In this document: piece by piece, positions 29,828 through 39,600 of the stretch
Layout of the letters: each line of letters starts with the position of its first letter
Position numbering within the stretch: position 1 is the first letter of the stretch
Source: Planctomycetota bacterium
GTDB lineage: Bacteria > Planctomycetota > B15-G4
Assembly: GCA_038212275.1 (NCBI GenBank)
Contig: JBBQUR010000018.1
Span: forward strand, 32,001 to 96,000
Direction of reading: 5' to 3'
DNA length: 64,000 nucleotides
Notes under the pieces: generated by a model
Databases searched by the model: none
Told to the model about the DNA's origin: nothing
Seen by the model: only the letters and a program-made list of their open reading frames with translations
Translations under genes and position numbers: made by a program

Positions 29828-31033
29828 TCATGGCACTTTCCGGCGATTCGCTGCACTCGTGCTGCGCCGCCGGACGGATCTCCCGAAGCGCCGCGCGATG
29901 AGGCGGCGCTGGCCTCCCAGGGCATGTCGCACTTCGGCCCAGGTGTCGCCACCCGTCTTCTCGAGCAGGGCGTCCAGGACGACCAGTGCAAGCATCGCCT
30001 CTCCCACCACGCTGGCGGCCGGCACCGAGGTGACGTCCGAACGCTCGAAGAAGGCCTGCGCCGGCTCGCCGCGCTGGTAGTCCCACGAGGCGAGCGGTCG
30101 CGCCAGCGTGGGGATCGGTTTCATCCACGCGCGCGCCACCAGCACCTCGCCATTGCTCATGCCCGCTTCCAGGCCACCGGCTCGATTCGAAAGTCGAGTC
30201 GGTCCCGAGGAGCCCGGCCGCCCGACGGCATCGTGAACCCGGCTGCCGCGCCCCGACGCGCCCGCCACTCCGTCGCCGAGTTCGACGGCCTTGATGGCCG
30301 GGATGGACAGCAGCGCCGCACCGAGCCGACTGTCCAGGCGCGAACCGAAGTCCTCCAGCGAGCCCAGCCCTGCCGGCACTCCGAAGGCCAGCACCTCGAA
30401 ACGGCCACCCAGCGTGTCACCTGCGCGCCGCGCCGCCAGCACGGCGTGCTTGAAGCGCCCTTCCAGGGAAGCATCCAGTGTGAAGAAATCCGACGCATCC
30501 CGCCGACGCCGTAGCGCGGGCAGTGCCCTGGCAGCCACGGCGGAGGCACGAGGCTTGCCGACGACGCCTCCCAGCTCCAGCACGTGCGCGAGCGTCTCGA
30601 TGCCGAGCCTTTGAAGAAAGGACGCCGCCAGCGCGCCGGCCGCCACGCGGGCGGCGGTCTCACGCGCCGAGGCGCGCTCCAGCACGGGCCGCATGTCCAG
30701 CAGGCCGTATTTCTGCGCCCCGGCCAGGTCGCCGTGCCCGGGGCGGGGGCGATGCAGGGCGGGCCTTGCGGCCAGCGAGTCGTCGCGATTCCAGACGGCG
30801 AGGAGCAGGGGCGCGCCGGTCGTCCGGCCGCGGTGCACGCCGGCCAGGACATCCACCCGATCGCGCTCGAGTTGCTGACGTGAGGAACGGCCGAATCCAC
30901 CCTGACGGCGGGCCAGCCATCCGTCGATGAAGGGCGCATCGAAGGGCACGCCCGCGGGAAAACCACTCACCCGGGCAAAGATGCCGCGACCGTGCGACTC
31001 GCCCGCCGTCTGGACGGACAGCCGCCTCAGCAC
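29828..31033 (-). CDS. aroC: Chorismate synthase
   Basis: TAGESHG, PRPGHGDL, ERASARETAARVAAGA, NRAGGLEAGMSNG, KPIPTL, ERSDV; GTG start at 31033 inferred. Confidence 0.96.
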   Translation of the reverse strand: MLRRLSVQTAGESHGRGIFARVSGFPAGVPFDAPFIDGWLARRQGGFGRSSRQQLERDRVDVLAGVHRGRTTGAPLLLAVWNRDDSLAARPALHRPRPGHGDLAGAQKYGLLDMRPVLERASARETAARVAAGALAASFLQRLGIETLAHVLELGGVVGKPRASAVAARALPALRRRRDASDFFTLDASLEGRFKHAVLAARRAGDTLGGRFEVLAFGVPAGLGSLEDFGSRLDSRLGAALLSIPAIKAVELGDGVAGASGRGSRVHDAVGRPGSSGPTRLSNRAGGLEAGMSNGEVLVARAWMKPIPTLARPLASWDYQRGEPAQAFFERSDVTSVPAASVVGEAMLALVVLDALLEKTGGDTWAEVRHALGGQRRLIARRFGRSVRRRSTSAANRRKVP

Positions 31034-31650
31034 GGGGACAGCGGGGCGGCCGAGGTGTGCACGGCCCCCGCCACCGCAGCTGCCGTGTCGTGGCCTGGCC
31101 GTGCCGGGACCTGATGGCGCGCCGGGGCGCCGTGACCGGCCTTCGCTTCGCGCAGGATCGGCGTGCCGGGCCACCCCAGAAAGAGCCATTGCGGAGCAAG
31201 CGCAAGGGTGAGGCAGGGAGCCGCGCTGCATCCGGACGCGCTGCTGGCGTCATCGCTCCGGCTGACCTCGCTGCGAGTGATCGCCGCGAAGAGCGTCTGC
31301 ACATCCGCCAGCAGTCGCTCGAGTTCGAAAGGCTTGCGGAGCACCCCGACGATGCCTGGCTCCGCGAGGATCGCGCGCTCCGTTGGCACATCGAGAAAGG
31401 CGGACATGAGCAGGAAGGGCGCGCTCAGGCCTCGCGACTCGGCTTCGCGCAGCAGCTCGAGTCCCGTCATGCCGGGCATCGTCATGTCGGTGAGCACCAG
31501 AGCGATGCCGCCGCGCTCCATGCGCTGCAATGCCGACGGGCCATCCAGGGCGATGTCCGTGGTCAAACCATCGCGCGTGAGGACGGCGCACACGAGCCGC
31601 GCCACGGAAGGATCATCATCGACCACGAGCACCGATCGATTCGCGCCCAC
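31027..31650 (-). CDS. Response regulator receiver (REC) protein with low-complexity tail
   Basis: VLVVDDD, TDMTMPGMTG, LMSA, KPF; GTG preceded by AGGAGG. Confidence 0.85.
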   Translation of the reverse strand: MGANRSVLVVDDDPSVARLVCAVLTRDGLTTDIALDGPSALQRMERGGIALVLTDMTMPGMTGLELLREAESRGLSAPFLLMSAFLDVPTERAILAEPGIVGVLRKPFELERLLADVQTLFAAITRSEVSRSDDASSASGCSAAPCLTLALAPQWLFLGWPGTPILREAKAGHGAPARHQVPARPGHDTAAAVAGAVHTSAAPLSPC

Positions 31651-31808
31651 TCGCCCTCCTCGCGCACCCGGCGAACTGTCCGGGGCGATCCTTGCATCTG
31701 AACATGCTGCCGCCCGCCAGTCCACCTGCACGGCGTGGCGTCGGCCCCCGCCGCGCTCACCCCCTTGAGGACGTGAAGCCCTCGCCCGGCCCGCCTGCAG
31801 CTGCGGGC

Positions 31809-31817
31809 TGCTACGAT
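31809..31817 (+). promoter_or_regulatory. Possible extended -10 promoter for the cystathionine lyase gene
   Basis: TGCTACGAT 30 nt before the GTG at 31848. Confidence 0.35.
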
Positions 31818-31847
31818 CGCAGGCTCCTTCCTGCACCGGAGTGATCC

Positions 31848-32993
31848 GTGAGATTCGGTACCAAGGCCATCCATGCCGGGCAGCACCCGGATCCGACCAC
31901 CGGCGCGATCATGACGCCGATCTACTGCACTTCGACCTACGTGCAGGAGTACCCCGCCGTCGTGAAGGACGGCTACGACTACAGCCGCGGCAAGAACCCC
32001 ACGCGAACTGCGCTGCAGGACAACCTCGCGGCGCTGGAGGGAGGCAGCCACGGCCTGTGCTTCAGCAGCGGCCTCTCCGCCATCCACGCCCTGCTCTCCA
32101 CGCTGTCGCCCGGAGATCGCGTGGTCTGCGGCAACGACCTCTACGGCGGAACGTTCCGGCTCTTCCGCCGCGTGTTCGCGCCCTACGGCCTGAAGTTCGA
32201 CATCGTCGACACGACCGATCTCGACGCGACCGCGGGCGCGCTGGAGCAGCCCTGCAAGTTGCTCTGGCTGGAAACGCCGACCAATCCGATGCTGCGCGTG
32301 ACCGACCTCGCCGCGGTTGCCGCGCTGGGACATCGCGCCGGCGCGCTCGTCGCCTGCGACAACACCTTCGCGTCGCCTTTCCTGCAGCAGCCGCTCTCGC
32401 TCGGCTGCGACGTCGTCATGCACAGCGTGACCAAGTATCTCGGCGGCCACAGCGACGTCGTGCTCGGCGCACTCGTGCTCAACGACGCCGCACTGGCCGA
32501 GCGACTCGCCTTCGTGCAGATGGCGGTGGGCGCGGTTCCGGGCCCGATGGACTGCTTCCTCGTGCTGCGCGGAACGAAGACGCTGCACCTCCGCATGGAG
32601 CGGCACTGCAGCAATGCGCGGGCCGTGGCGCAGCACCTCGTGCGCCATCCGCGCGTGGCGCGCGTCTTCTACCCGGGGCTCCCCGAGCATCCCGGCCACG
32701 CCGTCGCCAGGCGGCAGATGCGCGACTTCGGCGGCATGCTGTCCTTCGTGCTCAAGGGCTCGGTCGAGGACGGCATGCGCTTCACCAGCAAGACGAAGGT
32801 CTTCTCACTGGCGGAGAGTCTGGGAGGCGTGGAGTCGCTCATCGAGCACCCGCCATCGATGACGCACGCGTCGATCCCGGCGGAGCAGCGTCGCGCGGCG
32901 GGGCTCGAGGACGGACTCATCCGACTCTCGGTCGGCGTGGAGGACGTGGAGGATCTGCTCGAGGACCTCGATCAGGCGTTCAAGTCCACCTGA
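31848..32993 (+). CDS. Cystathionine gamma-lyase/gamma-synthase (Cys/Met metabolism PLP enzyme)
   Basis: YSRGKNPTR, WLETPTNP, DNTFASP, HSVTKYLGGHSD (PLP Lys), AESLGGVESL. Confidence 0.95.
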   Translation: MRFGTKAIHAGQHPDPTTGAIMTPIYCTSTYVQEYPAVVKDGYDYSRGKNPTRTALQDNLAALEGGSHGLCFSSGLSAIHALLSTLSPGDRVVCGNDLYGGTFRLFRRVFAPYGLKFDIVDTTDLDATAGALEQPCKLLWLETPTNPMLRVTDLAAVAALGHRAGALVACDNTFASPFLQQPLSLGCDVVMHSVTKYLGGHSDVVLGALVLNDAALAERLAFVQMAVGAVPGPMDCFLVLRGTKTLHLRMERHCSNARAVAQHLVRHPRVARVFYPGLPEHPGHAVARRQMRDFGGMLSFVLKGSVEDGMRFTSKTKVFSLAESLGGVESLIEHPPSMTHASIPAEQRRAAGLEDGLIRLSVGVEDVEDLLEDLDQAFKST

Positions 32994-33002
32994 ACGCGGT
33001 GA

Positions 33003-33503
33003 TCAGTCGTCGTCCCCCGCGGTCGAGGCAGGGCTCTGCGTCGTGACGCACTCGCGCATCACGCGGCCGACCTTGAACTTCACGACATTCTTGGGCGGCA
33101 CCGAGACCTTCTCGAGTGTGCGCGGATTCTGAGCCCTTCTCGCGCGGCGCGGCTTGACCTCGAAGACACCGAAATCGCGGAACTCCAGCCGGTTGCCCGC
33201 GGCGAGCTCTCGAACGATCTCGTCCAGGAACAGCTGGATGATGTCCTTGGTCACGACCTTCGTCTGGCCGGTGCGTTCGGCGATCCGGTTGACGAGGTCC
33301 TTCTTGGTCACTGTGCCGGGGGCTGAAAGACCCGGCTCCCCCGCCGCCGACGGTTCGTGGCCACCCGCCCTGGGACTGCTCTGTGCACCTGCCTTGAAGT
33401 TGGCGCTCACTACCGGTGCTGCTCCATCCGGGGCTGGGCCGCAGATCCCTCGTCCGGCTGCGACAAACTCCTGCCGCTGCGTGACATGCGACCCACCCAT
33501 CAC
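33003..33503 (-). CDS. IHF/HU family DNA-binding protein (start uncertain; core begins at GTG 33311)
   Basis: TKKDLVNRIAE...LEFRDFGVFEVKPRRARRAQNPRT...VKFKVG. Confidence 0.92.
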   Translation of the reverse strand: MMGGSHVTQRQEFVAAGRGICGPAPDGAAPVVSANFKAGAQSSPRAGGHEPSAAGEPGLSAPGTVTKKDLVNRIAERTGQTKVVTKDIIQLFLDEIVRELAAGNRLEFRDFGVFEVKPRRARRAQNPRTLEKVSVPPKNVVKFKVGRVMRECVTTQSPASTAGDDD

Positions 33504-33512
33504 TCCCGGGCG

Positions 33513-33540
33513 AGCATAGCTGCTGGCAAGTACTTGTCAA
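33513..33540 (-). promoter_or_regulatory. sigma70 promoter of the IHF/HU gene
   Basis: Minus strand TTGACA-N16-TATGCT. Confidence 0.6.
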
Positions 33541-33548
33541 GCAAGCGG

Positions 33549-34031
33549 TTAGGACGTCGCTGCGGGATCTTCGGCGCGGCCGCCGGGGCGCTGACGGCTG
33601 TCCAGAACCACCGTGAAAGGCCCGGCATTCACGAGGTCCACGGCCATGTCGGCGCCAAAGCGCCCCTCGGCCACGGTGTGACCTGCCTCGCGCAGCCGAC
33701 GACCCAGGATGTCGATCAGCACCCGTGCCTCCGCAGGTGGAGCCGCGCCGGAGAAGGACGGTCGTCGGCCCTGGCGCCAGTCGGCTGCCAGCGTGAACTG
33801 CGGCACGAGCAGCACCGCCCCTCCGATGTCCGCGAGGGCGAGATTCGTCTTGCCGGCCGCATCTTCGAAGACGCGCAGGGCGGAGATCTTGTCCGCGAGC
33901 CAGAGGGCGTCGTCCGCGAGGTCGCCTCTCAGCGCACCGGCCAGCAGGCACACGCCCACACCGATGGCGCCGACCGTCTCGCCTCGCACGTCCACCGAGG
34001 CGCGCGAAACGCGCTGCAGCACGACGATCAC
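33549..34031 (-). CDS. dtd: D-aminoacyl-tRNA deacylase
   Basis: VLQRVSRASV, PQFTL (SQFTL motif variant), GRRPSF, NAGPFT. Confidence 0.95.
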   Translation of the reverse strand: MIVVLQRVSRASVDVRGETVGAIGVGVCLLAGALRGDLADDALWLADKISALRVFEDAAGKTNLALADIGGAVLLVPQFTLAADWRQGRRPSFSGAAPPAEARVLIDILGRRLREAGHTVAEGRFGADMAVDLVNAGPFTVVLDSRQRPGGRAEDPAATS

Positions 34032-34049
34032 GCGACGCTCACGCGCACG

Positions 34050-35051
34050 TCATGCGTGGGCCGGGCGCCCGGCCAGGCCGACCGCCTCGCGGGCGCGGGC
34101 GACCACCGCCTGCGCCTCGGCGCGTGCGCGCCGGCCGCCGTCGCCGAGGATCTGCTCCAGCGCGTCGGGATCGGAGGCCAGTTGTCGCCGCCGTTCCCGC
34201 GCCGCACCGAAGCGCTCGTCGATGGCTGCGAGCAGCGCCTTCTTGGCGTCGCCGTAGCCGTAGCCGCCGCGGCGCAGCGCGTCGGCCATGTCCGCAGCCG
34301 CCTCGGGCTGCGCCACCAGCCTGTACAGCTGGTACACGCTGCACGTGTCGGGATCCTTCGGCTCGTCGACGCCGCGACTGTCCGTCTTCATGGACATGAC
34401 CGCCTGCTTCAGCTGCTTTCCCTCGGCGAACAAGTCGATCGTGTTGCCGTAGGACTTGGACATTTTCTGGCCGTCGGTGCCGGGCACCACCTCCGCCCGC
34501 TCAGCCAGCCGCGCGACGGGCCGCCTGAACACCTCGCGACCGTACGCCGCGTGAAAGGCATCGGCGATGTCGCGCGCCATCTCGAGGTGCTGCACCTGGT
34601 CCTTTCCGACGGGCACCACGTCGCTGTCGCAGGCGAGAATGTCCGCGGCCATCAGGACCGGATAGAAGAAAAGCCCGCTTCGCGGCGCGATGCCGCGGGC
34701 CAGCTTGTCCTTGTACGACGTCGCGCGCTCGAGAAGCCCCATCGGCGTCACCGTGGAGAGAAGCCAGGTGAGTTCACACACCTCGGGCACATCGGACTGC
34801 CGGAAGAAAGTGGCCCTGGCCGGGTCGAGGCCCAGCGCAAGGTAGTCGAGGGCCACGTCGCGCACCCACTCCGCGAGCTTCGCGCGGTCCTGCACGGTGG
34901 TGAGCGCGTGGTAGTCAGCGATGAAGTAGAAGGCCGAGCCCTCGTCCTGCAGCGCGATGTGCTGCTGCATCGCACCGAAGTAGTTGCCGAGATGCAGCTT
35001 GCCGCTCGGTTGCACGCCCGACAGGATGCGGGGCTTGCGCGGGGTGCTCAT
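34050..35051 (-). CDS. trpS: Tryptophanyl-tRNA synthetase
   Basis: SGVQPSGKLHLGNY, YPVLMAADIL, VPVGKDQ, KMSKSYGN. Confidence 0.97.
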   Translation of the reverse strand: MSTPRKPRILSGVQPSGKLHLGNYFGAMQQHIALQDEGSAFYFIADYHALTTVQDRAKLAEWVRDVALDYLALGLDPARATFFRQSDVPEVCELTWLLSTVTPMGLLERATSYKDKLARGIAPRSGLFFYPVLMAADILACDSDVVPVGKDQVQHLEMARDIADAFHAAYGREVFRRPVARLAERAEVVPGTDGQKMSKSYGNTIDLFAEGKQLKQAVMSMKTDSRGVDEPKDPDTCSVYQLYRLVAQPEAAADMADALRRGGYGYGDAKKALLAAIDERFGAARERRRQLASDPDALEQILGDGGRRARAEAQAVVARAREAVGLAGRPAHA

Positions 35052-35076
35052 CGGATCGGGCGGCACCGGCGCACGC

Positions 35077-36495
35077 TCAGGTCGAGCTCTGCACGAGACC
35101 GACGTAGCGCCGGAATCGCTGCAGCAGCAGGCTGGGTCGCCGCAACTCGCGCAGGATGCGCGACGGGCGCATGTAGAAGCTGCGATACGCCTTGCGGATG
35201 GCCGCAGAGACCTGGGCGTCGCTCATCGCCTGCGCCACACCCACGGGCGTCGTGCCGCTGAACTTGCTGAAGTCGAAGTCCTGCTCACGCGCAGCACGCG
35301 ATTCCTTGTACAGCTTGGTATCGGGGTAGGGCGTGACGGCGGTGAACTGCACGGTGTCCGGGTTGAGGAACACGGCGAGATCCATCGTCTGCTGCGCCAT
35401 GTCCGGCGTTTCCTCCGGGAAACCCAGCATGAAGAAGGCCCGCGTCGCGATGCCGTGGCGCCTGGCCGCGTCCACGACGATGCGCGCGTGCTCGTGCGTC
35501 TTGATCTTGCCGCGGCTGTATTTCTTCTGCAGTTCCTCGTTTCCGGACTCCACGCCGAAGGACACCGACACGCAGCCGGCGCGCGCCATCGCGGCCAGCA
35601 ACTCCTCGTCCAGCGTCTTGATCGCCGTCTCGCACTGCCAGCGCAGGTCGAGGTCGGCGGCCGTGAGCAGCCCGCACAACTCGAGCAGGCGTTCGCGACT
35701 GCTGGCGAACAGAGGGTCGCGGAAAACCACGTTTCGCACGCCCAGTACCTGCCGGATGTGGCGCAGTTCCTCGAAGACGTTCTGCGCCGAGCGTCCGCGC
35801 CACGGAATGCCCTGCGCGACGACGTAGCCGCAGTAGGTGCAGTTGATCGGACAACCGCGCGAGCTGGCCACCGTCTGGATGGGGCCGTCCATGGTCGGGA
35901 TGCGGTAGGTCTCGAGCGGCAGCAGGTGGCGGGCCGGGAGCGGCAGCGCATCGAGCGCGTCTCCCTTGAGCAGCGGGCGGTCCGCGTTGTGGACGACCTC
36001 CTCGCCGCGCCTGACCGAGAGGCCGGCCACCGCCAGCGGGTCGGCTCCTGCGGCCAGCGCCGCCACGAACTCGGCCACCGTGTGCTCGGGCTCGCCGCGC
36101 ACCACGGCATCCACGCGCGAGTGGTGCATGGCCATGTCGGGCACCTTGCTGCCCTGGCTCCCGGTGATGAAGGTGAGCGTGCCGGGCGCGCGTTCCTTGA
36201 TGCGATCGACGAGCTTGAGGTCGAGTTCGATCGTGGCGCTGCTCGTCGCGAGGCCCACCACCGGCGGGACGCTGGCGCCGATCCCTTCCAGCACCTGATC
36301 CACGCTCAGGCCCGTGCCCTCGGCGTCCACCACCGTCACGTGGTGGCCGTCGCGCTCCAGCATGGCGGCCACGTAGAGCAGGTCGAGCGGCGGGTAGCAG
36401 AGCCCCTCGCCCACCACCATGCCGAATCCGCCCATCAGGCCTCGCGAGACGCGCTGGCTGGGGGGCGGCGGCGGGTTGATCAGCAGGATGTCCAT
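35077..36495 (-). CDS. Cobalamin-binding-domain radical SAM enzyme
   Basis: N-terminal LINPP...YPPLDL B12-type domain, SRGCPINCTYC, FGVESG, FMLGFPEET, TPYPDT. Confidence 0.92.
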   Translation of the reverse strand: MDILLINPPPPPSQRVSRGLMGGFGMVVGEGLCYPPLDLLYVAAMLERDGHHVTVVDAEGTGLSVDQVLEGIGASVPPVVGLATSSATIELDLKLVDRIKERAPGTLTFITGSQGSKVPDMAMHHSRVDAVVRGEPEHTVAEFVAALAAGADPLAVAGLSVRRGEEVVHNADRPLLKGDALDALPLPARHLLPLETYRIPTMDGPIQTVASSRGCPINCTYCGYVVAQGIPWRGRSAQNVFEELRHIRQVLGVRNVVFRDPLFASSRERLLELCGLLTAADLDLRWQCETAIKTLDEELLAAMARAGCVSVSFGVESGNEELQKKYSRGKIKTHEHARIVVDAARRHGIATRAFFMLGFPEETPDMAQQTMDLAVFLNPDTVQFTAVTPYPDTKLYKESRAAREQDFDFSKFSGTTPVGVAQAMSDAQVSAAIRKAYRSFYMRPSRILRELRRPSLLLQRFRRYVGLVQSST

Positions 36496-36672
36496 GGGTC
36501 TCCGCATGTTATCACCGACACGGCACTGCCGACGCCGCACGGGACGCCCCTGCGCATCCTGCGCCACGAACTTGAGCGTCGCAAGCTGCTGTTCAGGCGC
36601 GACTTGCCTGCAATCGGCTGATCGGGGAGCCGAACAGGGCGCTGCACCAGTGACGCACAGCGAGGACCTGAA

Positions 36673-39600
36673 GTGAACGACGCCAATAACGGCAGGCCCG
36701 TGCCCGGGCAGCCGCACACGCATGCGCCTGAAGGATCGGCACCCCGGCGCCGGCCGGGTATCCCGCACCTCGTGGCCGGGGCCATCCCCTGCGCGATCGG
36801 TCTCGTGCTGATCCTGGCGGGCGTCGATGCGCCGTCCCGCGATCGCGGCGCCGGCCCCTCAAACCTCCAGCGCTCGGAGGCTGCCGCCGCGGTGGCGACG
36901 CCGAGTCGTGACGAGCTGCCGCAGCCCGGCTTCACCATGCCGCGGCTGGAAGCCGAGTTCGCCGACCGGCATGGGCCGGTGGCGCTCGGCGGCGACATCG
37001 TCCTCGAGGGGCTCCGTGACCAGGAGCCCTCGGCAGAACTCGACGTCAAGCAGCAGAACAGCGTCGACAAGCTGTTGTCCAAGATCGCGAAGCAGGAAAC
37101 CAAGATCAGCACCAAGCAGGAGCAGATCGCGACCTACGACGCGGAGCTCGCCCTCGCGCAGCAGGCGCTGCTCGATGCGGAGGCCCTGCCGCAAAGCACC
37201 CCCGCCGAGATCAAGGCCAGGGACAAGGCCATCAAGAAGGCCCATGCCGCGCTGCTCAAGTGGCAGAAGAAGATCGACAAGGCCAACGCCAAGATCGATG
37301 TCTCCGAAGGCAAGATCGTCAGCTACCAGGCGCAGATCGAGGAGCTCGATCCAGGGAATGATGCAGCGGGCGGGGACCCGGGCGATGAAACGCCGCCACC
37401 CGATCAGGACGGCAATGGCGACGACGGCCAGAGCACCCCCAGCGGCGGCGTGGTCTCCGTGCCGCTCATCGTGAAGGAAGCGCTGCCGTCGGGCATCACC
37501 GGCCTCACGCGCACGGGGGCGATCTCCACCTTCGGCATTCCGTTCGCGGAGTCCGACCAGGTCGGTACCGTGAACGGACGCCCCGCACTTTCGGTGCTCA
37601 ACTCCGAGACCTGGCAATTCCGCGCACTGGCCACCTGGCCGAGCGGCTACGTCAAGTGGGCGCTGGTAGACGTCGCCGCGGACGTGCCCGCGGGCGGCGC
37701 CAACACCTCGCTCGAGATCCTCAACGGGGTGGGACGCTCGAGCCCCGACGACATCGCCTTCGACAACGGCAACCTGATCACCGTGAACACGGGCGATCTC
37801 GTGATGCAGATCAGCAAGACGGGCTTCGACGTCTTCCACCAGGTCTGGGTCGGCGGCACGCAGATCGTGGCCGCGGGTGCGAGCGGCGGCATCGTCGGGG
37901 TCGCGGTCGACGGCACGACGCTCATCGTGCCCAAGCCCGGCTCGGTGACGGTGGTCGTCGAGGAGAACGGCCCCGCACGCGCCGTGGTGCGCGCCGACGG
38001 CATGCTGCACACGCTCTCCGGCCAGGACCTTTTCGACTTCACCTGCCGCATCATCGCGCGCGCAGGCAGCAACGACGTGCAGGTGGATTTCACCGTGCGC
38101 AACGCGAACATCAACATGCCGCATCACGTGGTCATCGACAGCCTCGGCATCGTGACCCGGGTGACCACCGGCGCCGACGCCGTGGCGACACTGAGCAAGC
38201 ACAACGGCCCCTTGACCTCGCCGATGGCGCCGTCGGACTCGATCTTCCTGCACCAGGCGCAGAGCTCCGCCTACGCGTACAACACGGTCTACACGATGCT
38301 GGGCCAGGACGGTTATCAGATCGTGAAGAACGGCACGCCGCTCTACGCGCTCGGTGACAAGACGAAATACCCCCTGCACGGCTACGCCGACCTGACCGGC
38401 GCCACGGGCGGCGTCACCGTCGCGTACAAGGACATGCCATACAAGTCGCCCGCATCACTGGAGATGTTCGGCAACGGCGATGTGCTGGCCGGTCTGTTCT
38501 CGTCGAAGCACGAGCCCGGACACTTCTGGACCTTCACCTGGCGCCAGCATGAGAGCCGCACCGTCAGCTTCTCATTCCATGCGGGCCAGGGCGGCAATCC
38601 CGCCGCGGTGGCGACGGCCCTCGACCTGCCCGTCGTCGGACGCGCCGCGGACTACCTGCAGTACGACCGCACGAAGGTGCTGCCTTACCGCCTGGTCACT
38701 CTTGCGCAGGAGAACCAGGCCTTCGCCGCGATGGGCCTGAACTATTCGGTCAGCGTGCACAACCTGTATCAGGTGGTGACCCGCTACCTCTACGCGCACG
38801 AGACCGGCGGCAACAACAACCACGACAGCGTCGAGCGCCAGCTCGGAGGCGAGTGGTTGCGGCAGGGTTATGGCGGGCAATACCTCACGGGCCTGGATCT
38901 CGCTCTCTACAAGAGCGAGTGGCAGATCCGGCGCAGCGACAACTTCCTCGACAAGAACGATCCCGGACCGGCCAACCCGGAACTTCCGCACGAGTCCGGC
39001 TTCGAAGGCGACTACGAACATCGCTACCTCGACGGCATCATCCTTGCGTACTGGCTCACCGGAGACCCCCGCTTTCGCGACGCGCTCTTCGACGACGGCG
39101 AGATCCTCAACCACCTCTACTTCTATGCGCAGGAGCGCGGCATGGTGCAGAGCCTGCGCGCGATCGCGCTGGTCGGAGAGTTCACGGGCGACCCGGGCGG
39201 CCTGCTCAAGGCCGAGCTGAAGGCCTGGCTGCAGACGTACTGCACCAAGATCGTCGACATCACCGTGCCGGACCCGTACCTGATCGGCTGGGGCTGGCAG
39301 GCAGCGCCCGGCCAGGGTACGCGTCGATTCTTCGCGACCAACGTGGGTGCGAACTCCGCACCGCCTCAGGGCGAGAACTACACGTCACGCGGTTTCTTCG
39401 CCGCCAGCCTCGCGCCGCTCGGGATGTATCACGCCGCGCGCTGGCTCGGCACCGCCGATCCGCAGGGAGCGCTCGCACGCGCACGCCTCTCGGACCTTGC
39501 CTACTTCACGCGCGAGGAGCTCTATCCCTACAAGGCAAATCCGGCTGCGCGCTACCTCACCTACAACTACGGCATGAACAGCAAGCAGTCCCTGATCAGC

